DNA of 64,000 bases from a virus (Duplodnaviria; Caudoviricetes): IMG/VR virus record IMGVR_UViG_3300032167_000006. One strand, given 5' to 3'. Shown in pieces: positions 60,359 through 64,000 of this stretch. Positions within the stretch are counted from its first letter, which is position 1. Every line of letters starts with the position of its first letter. The notes beneath the pieces are model-generated. The model ran no database searches, was not told the DNA's origin, and saw only the letters and a program-made list of their open reading frames with translations. Made by a program: the position numbers and the translations under genes.

Positions 60359-63055
60359 TTAATATCTCCAAATTACATTACCGCCATAGTTAGCTCCAGG
60401 TACATCTTTAAGCATAATAATATCTGCAAGTTCAGATATTAATTCGCTATTATGGGATATAATAAAACATTGTTCACATCTAAGAATATTCATAAGATTA
60501 TCTAATAAAGTCATAAAATAAGATCTATTAGAACCATCTAATGAACCATCCATTTCATCAAGAGATATCACATTATATCTACTCTGAGATTGATATAAAA
60601 TTGAATATGATAATATCATACTTATCATTGATTTCTGAGCTGTAGACATAGAACTTATATCATCATGCATTAATCCAGAACCTAAACATGGAATTCTAAA
60701 TTCTTGCTCATTAATAACAAATGGTTGTAATGCAAATTCACCATCAAATAACATGGCTAATAACTCATTTGCAGTAGATAATATTTTATTCATATATAAT
60801 TGCATATATAAAGTCTGAATTCCTGTAGATGAAGATGAATAATATTTAATCTTTTCTATCTTAACGAACTTATCTTGATATTCTGCTAATTCTTTTCTAT
60901 AATCAACAAGCATTACCAATGAGTGTCTAATATTATCTCTTTCAGTTGTAAGTGATTTTATATCATTTATTATAGTATTATTATTAGCATTTAATTTACC
61001 AAGTTGTATTTCAAGTTCATTTAATTCAGATGTATTAGAGTCAAGTGTTGATTTTATTTTATTTAATTCTTCCTGTCTTTGTTCTGATGGCATTAGTGAA
61101 TCATTAATTTTAGAATATAAATTTGATACCTTTTGTTTGGTAGATTCTAATGTTTCTAATGATTGTTCTATCTCATTGATAGAATTATTATCACTATCTA
61201 ACTCATTAGCAACTTCATCTAATTTTTTAGATAAATCTTCAATATCAATTAAAATAGATTCTATAATATTATTTCTAGATTCATATAATTTATATTCTGC
61301 TTCATATTTCATCAATTGCTCTTTTGCAACTTTATATTCTTCAATCATATTTCCACAGTCTACAAATTTATATAATTCATCAATATCTTCAAATTTATCC
61401 ATTTCACATACTCTATATAAAAAAGTTTGTTGAAAGTCTTTTCTTATAGGAAGTTTCTTAATAAATCCAATTTTAGAATTGAGCTCCCTTTCAATATTTG
61501 TTATATATGATAATATTTCGGAATACCTATTAAATTGCTCAATCTCATGCTCTATAAATAATATTTCTTTATTCATATCATTTATTTCATTTTCTAATCT
61601 AATCATTTCAGCTTCTGGATATTCTAGATTAGCTTTAACTGCAGATTCTATATATGGACAATTATCAATTTTACAATTCTTTGGTCTATTAACTAACTCT
61701 GATGCTAATTCTCTTTTAGAAACAAATTTTGAATACTGTTTATTTAACTCATCACATTTACTTCTAAGAGAAGTTAATTTTTCTTTATATGACGGAATAG
61801 CTCTTATATAACCAACAACATCATTTCTATTATTAATTACTTGAGATATATCAACTAAAGAATATGAGCTAGATATATTATATGCAGATTCTTTTAAGTA
61901 CTTAAGAGATTCCATAGCAGAATCAAACTCTGTCTTAGTAATAATATTAATATTGCTTAATCTCATTTGTTTAAAAATTTCATCATATTCAGCAATAATT
62001 CTTCTAGCTTCTTCTGTAATTTGTTTTATATCTTCATAATTATAATCTGATTGAAGAGCATTTAATTGCTCTTTTTTAGATTGAAGACTTTTAAACTCAG
62101 ATTCTCTTCTAGTTAATAATACAGGAATCTTTGTTTTTAATGCTTCCCTCTTTGTTTCTAAAGATACAATCTGTTTCTCAATATTATCAAGAAATGGTTT
62201 AATTGTATTTATATCCATAATCTTATAGAAAGTTAATTGAGAATTAATGGAAGATTTTACAATTCTTATAGAAGCATTTAAATCTTTAAGCTCGCTAACG
62301 ATATCATCATAATTATTATCTCTAAGAATCTTAATATATTCAGAAATTTTTAATTTAACTGCAGCAATTGCTTCTATTGTAGTATTCTTCTCTTCTTCAA
62401 GAGTTGCTATTCTACCTTCAATATTTTGAAGCTTAGCATTAAGCTGAACTTCATTTCCTATAAAATCAATTTTATAAGTTAATGAATTAATTAATGATTT
62501 ATAAGTAGAAGCTTTCTTAGTTAATATCTTATTTATATTATTATAAGTTTCAAGATTATGAATAATAGAATTGACCAATTTCTTACGTTCCGCAGGTCTA
62601 GAATCAACCAATCCTCTATTTTCTGTAGTAAGCTTAGCTAATGATAAATAGTTACTATCCATATTAAATTCATCATAAAGAATATCTTTACAAGAAGATA
62701 TATTACCATTAGGATTTAATTCTACTAATTGACCATCAATTGTTTTTGATATGTATCCTTTAGTAGTACCTCTAATACCATTACTATTTACAGGATGTAT
62801 ATATCTAATCACATAATCAATTCCATTTTCAGTCAATACTATTGTTTTTCTAGCTTCTGAATTTGGAATAAAATAATCATTATTATCTGGATTTGGATTT
62901 ATTGCATTCAGTAAAGTAGATTTACCAGAACCATTTTTTCCTTTAATAATGATCTTATTAGTTATACATTTTGTGAAGTCTATTTTTATTTGAGTTAATC
63001 CCATACCGTTATATATACCAGCATAATTATGCAATTCTATACTTTTATATCTCAT
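60359..63055 (-). CDS. sbcC: SbcC/Rad50-like SMC ATPase; likely start MRYKS at 63055
   Basis: Walker A GKNGSGKST; long coiled coils with a central Cys pair (CKIDNCP); signature SMSTAQ; Walker B ISLDE; ISH. Confidence 0.9.
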   Translation of the reverse strand: MRYKSIELHNYAGIYNGMGLTQIKIDFTKCITNKIIIKGKNGSGKSTLLNAINPNPDNNDYFIPNSEARKTIVLTENGIDYVIRYIHPVNSNGIRGTTKGYISKTIDGQLVELNPNGNISSCKDILYDEFNMDSNYLSLAKLTTENRGLVDSRPAERKKLVNSIIHNLETYNNINKILTKKASTYKSLINSLTYKIDFIGNEVQLNAKLQNIEGRIATLEEEKNTTIEAIAAVKLKISEYIKILRDNNYDDIVSELKDLNASIRIVKSSINSQLTFYKIMDINTIKPFLDNIEKQIVSLETKREALKTKIPVLLTRRESEFKSLQSKKEQLNALQSDYNYEDIKQITEEARRIIAEYDEIFKQMRLSNINIITKTEFDSAMESLKYLKESAYNISSSYSLVDISQVINNRNDVVGYIRAIPSYKEKLTSLRSKCDELNKQYSKFVSKRELASELVNRPKNCKIDNCPYIESAVKANLEYPEAEMIRLENEINDMNKEILFIEHEIEQFNRYSEILSYITNIERELNSKIGFIKKLPIRKDFQQTFLYRVCEMDKFEDIDELYKFVDCGNMIEEYKVAKEQLMKYEAEYKLYESRNNIIESILIDIEDLSKKLDEVANELDSDNNSINEIEQSLETLESTKQKVSNLYSKINDSLMPSEQRQEELNKIKSTLDSNTSELNELEIQLGKLNANNNTIINDIKSLTTERDNIRHSLVMLVDYRKELAEYQDKFVKIEKIKYYSSSSTGIQTLYMQLYMNKILSTANELLAMLFDGEFALQPFVINEQEFRIPCLGSGLMHDDISSMSTAQKSMISMILSYSILYQSQSRYNVISLDEMDGSLDGSNRSYFMTLLDNLMNILRCEQCFIISHNSELISELADIIMLKDVPGANYGGNVIWRY

Positions 63056-63154
63056 AAGATTTCCTCCCATCCAAATTATCTTTTTATTTAAATGTATACG
63101 GCTTTATATTATCTTACATTTTATTATAAAAAATAATAAGAGTGAGGTAAACCC

Positions 63155-63454
63155 TCACTCTTTAAATTTATATCCAAATTGTTTTAATGTTTCTTTATGC
63201 CTTAACGGTCTTGCATACCCTTTAGTCCAATCAATAATAAATGTATTTTTACAAATAACACATTTTAAATATTCTACATTTCTTTCAGCAAGAAATTCTT
63301 TTAATTCGTTTGTATCTTGATTAGAATTATATAATTCCTTATAATCTATAATAGAATTATTTCTATTTCTAGTAAAAAATAACATATCATTTCCGCATAT
63401 AGGGCATGTGTAAGGATGTACAATTCTACACATTTCTTTAAGTTCCATTTTCAT
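63155..63454 (-). CDS. Small zinc-binding protein
   Basis: CPIC...CVIC; GGAGG RBS; AACA-N6-TA motif. Confidence 0.7.
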   Translation of the reverse strand: MKMELKEMCRIVHPYTCPICGNDMLFFTRNRNNSIIDYKELYNSNQDTNELKEFLAERNVEYLKCVICKNTFIIDWTKGYARPLRHKETLKQFGYKFKE

Positions 63455-63487
63455 CCCTCCAGTTACTATTTTGTTTGTGAAGGAATG

Positions 63488-63530
63488 AAAAAAAAATAAA
63501 ACTATAAGTAGAGGCTGGCTAGGCCTCTAC
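63488..63530 (-). terminator. Terminator of the tRNA transcript
   Basis: GTAGAGGC...GCCTCTAC stem with a long U-rich tail on the - strand. Confidence 0.75.
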
Positions 63531-63696
63531 TGCAAATATTTTCTATTCTCAAAGAAAGGTCGAAAGAAATAAGAAAATAAATGTGAAGATTTAATTCCTA
63601 CCACTTCATTAAATCTTCTTGCTTTTTGCCTAGGTAGAAGCATAACTACCAAATTTTTCACTTGCAAAATACTTACAGGAGGTCGCAACGTGCAAC

Positions 63697-63772
63697 TGGT
63701 CGGAGTAGAGAGACTTGAACTCCCGACATCTTGTTCCCAAAACAAGCGCGCTACCAACTGCGCTATACCCCG
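63697..63772 (-). tRNA. tRNA-Pro (anticodon UGG), CCA encoded
   Basis: Reverse complement CGGGGTATAGCGCAGTTGGTAGCGCGCTTGTTTTGGGAACAAGATGTCGGGAGTTCAAGTCTCTCTACTCCGACCA folds into a cloverleaf. Confidence 0.97.
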
Positions 63773-63997
63773 AGGATCCCCAGTCATAAGGCAAGTGACT
63801 GGCTCTTGTTGATAATATTAAATATTTAATTTCCCCGTTATATGACTACCAGATTCCTTTTACTCAAAGGGCTTTGTAGTCTAACCATTTTATTATCAAT
63901 AATAGGAAGTATCGTTTCCTATAACCCTGCAAATAATGTTTTGCCTTACATTTATTTGCTCCCAAAATATATCTCTATTCCTAACGATACTAGGGGC
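63773..63997. ncRNA. Candidate structured non-coding RNA with two loop-loop pairings
   Basis: Five or more hairpins; loops TAAGGCAA/TTGCCTTA and GTATCGT/ACGATAC are exact reverse complements. Confidence 0.6.
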
Positions 63998-64000
63998 TGG

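Noticed and set aside
63527-63787. 86-aa ORF from the track
   Set aside because: Overlaps tRNA-Pro and its structured trailer; spurious.
1-64000. Stop-codon reassignment, as in some gut jumbo phages
   Set aside because: Core genes are full length in the standard code, and TAG (49246, 50889) and TGA (43120) end genes at natural boundaries.
63773-64000. tmRNA or RNase P RNA
   Set aside because: No tag ORF ending in alanines, no tRNA-like T-arm and no RNase P P4 consensus in the visible part; the window edge limits certainty.

Overview
A gene-dense, very AT-rich 64-kb segment of a jumbo myophage of the phiKZ-related, AR9/PBS1-like group. The host is probably a Firmicute (inferred from AGGAGG ribosome-binding sites and SigA-like region-4 sequences). 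Core genes present: two beta'-like multisubunit RNA polymerase pieces, a probable gp226-like promoter-specificity subunit two genes from a GroEL-like chaperonin, a family B DNA polymerase split over two distant genes, primase, SF2 helicase, SbcC ATPase, terminase, portal, prohead protease, major capsid, tail sheath and tube, baseplate proteins, and tRNA-Pro(UGG). The transcription grammar can be read directly from the DNA: about 23 late-type nAC(A/T)-N6-TA promoters, about 12 early-type RTATAWTATA promoters, and a family of GGGA-GNRA-TCCC hairpins. Most unusual observations: (i) early genes made only of host-like sigma region 4 and alpha-CTD modules; (ii) intergenic late promoters that drive ORF-less RNAs carrying anti-Shine-Dalgarno/anti-start-codon sequences; (iii) a structured non-coding element beside the tRNA with two perfect loop-loop complementarities; (iv) an unannotated -1 frame extension of the baseplate-hub/tail-chaperone gene; (v) a nuclease-less IS110/Nop-like protein. 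All calls are from motif recognition by eye; no searches were run.
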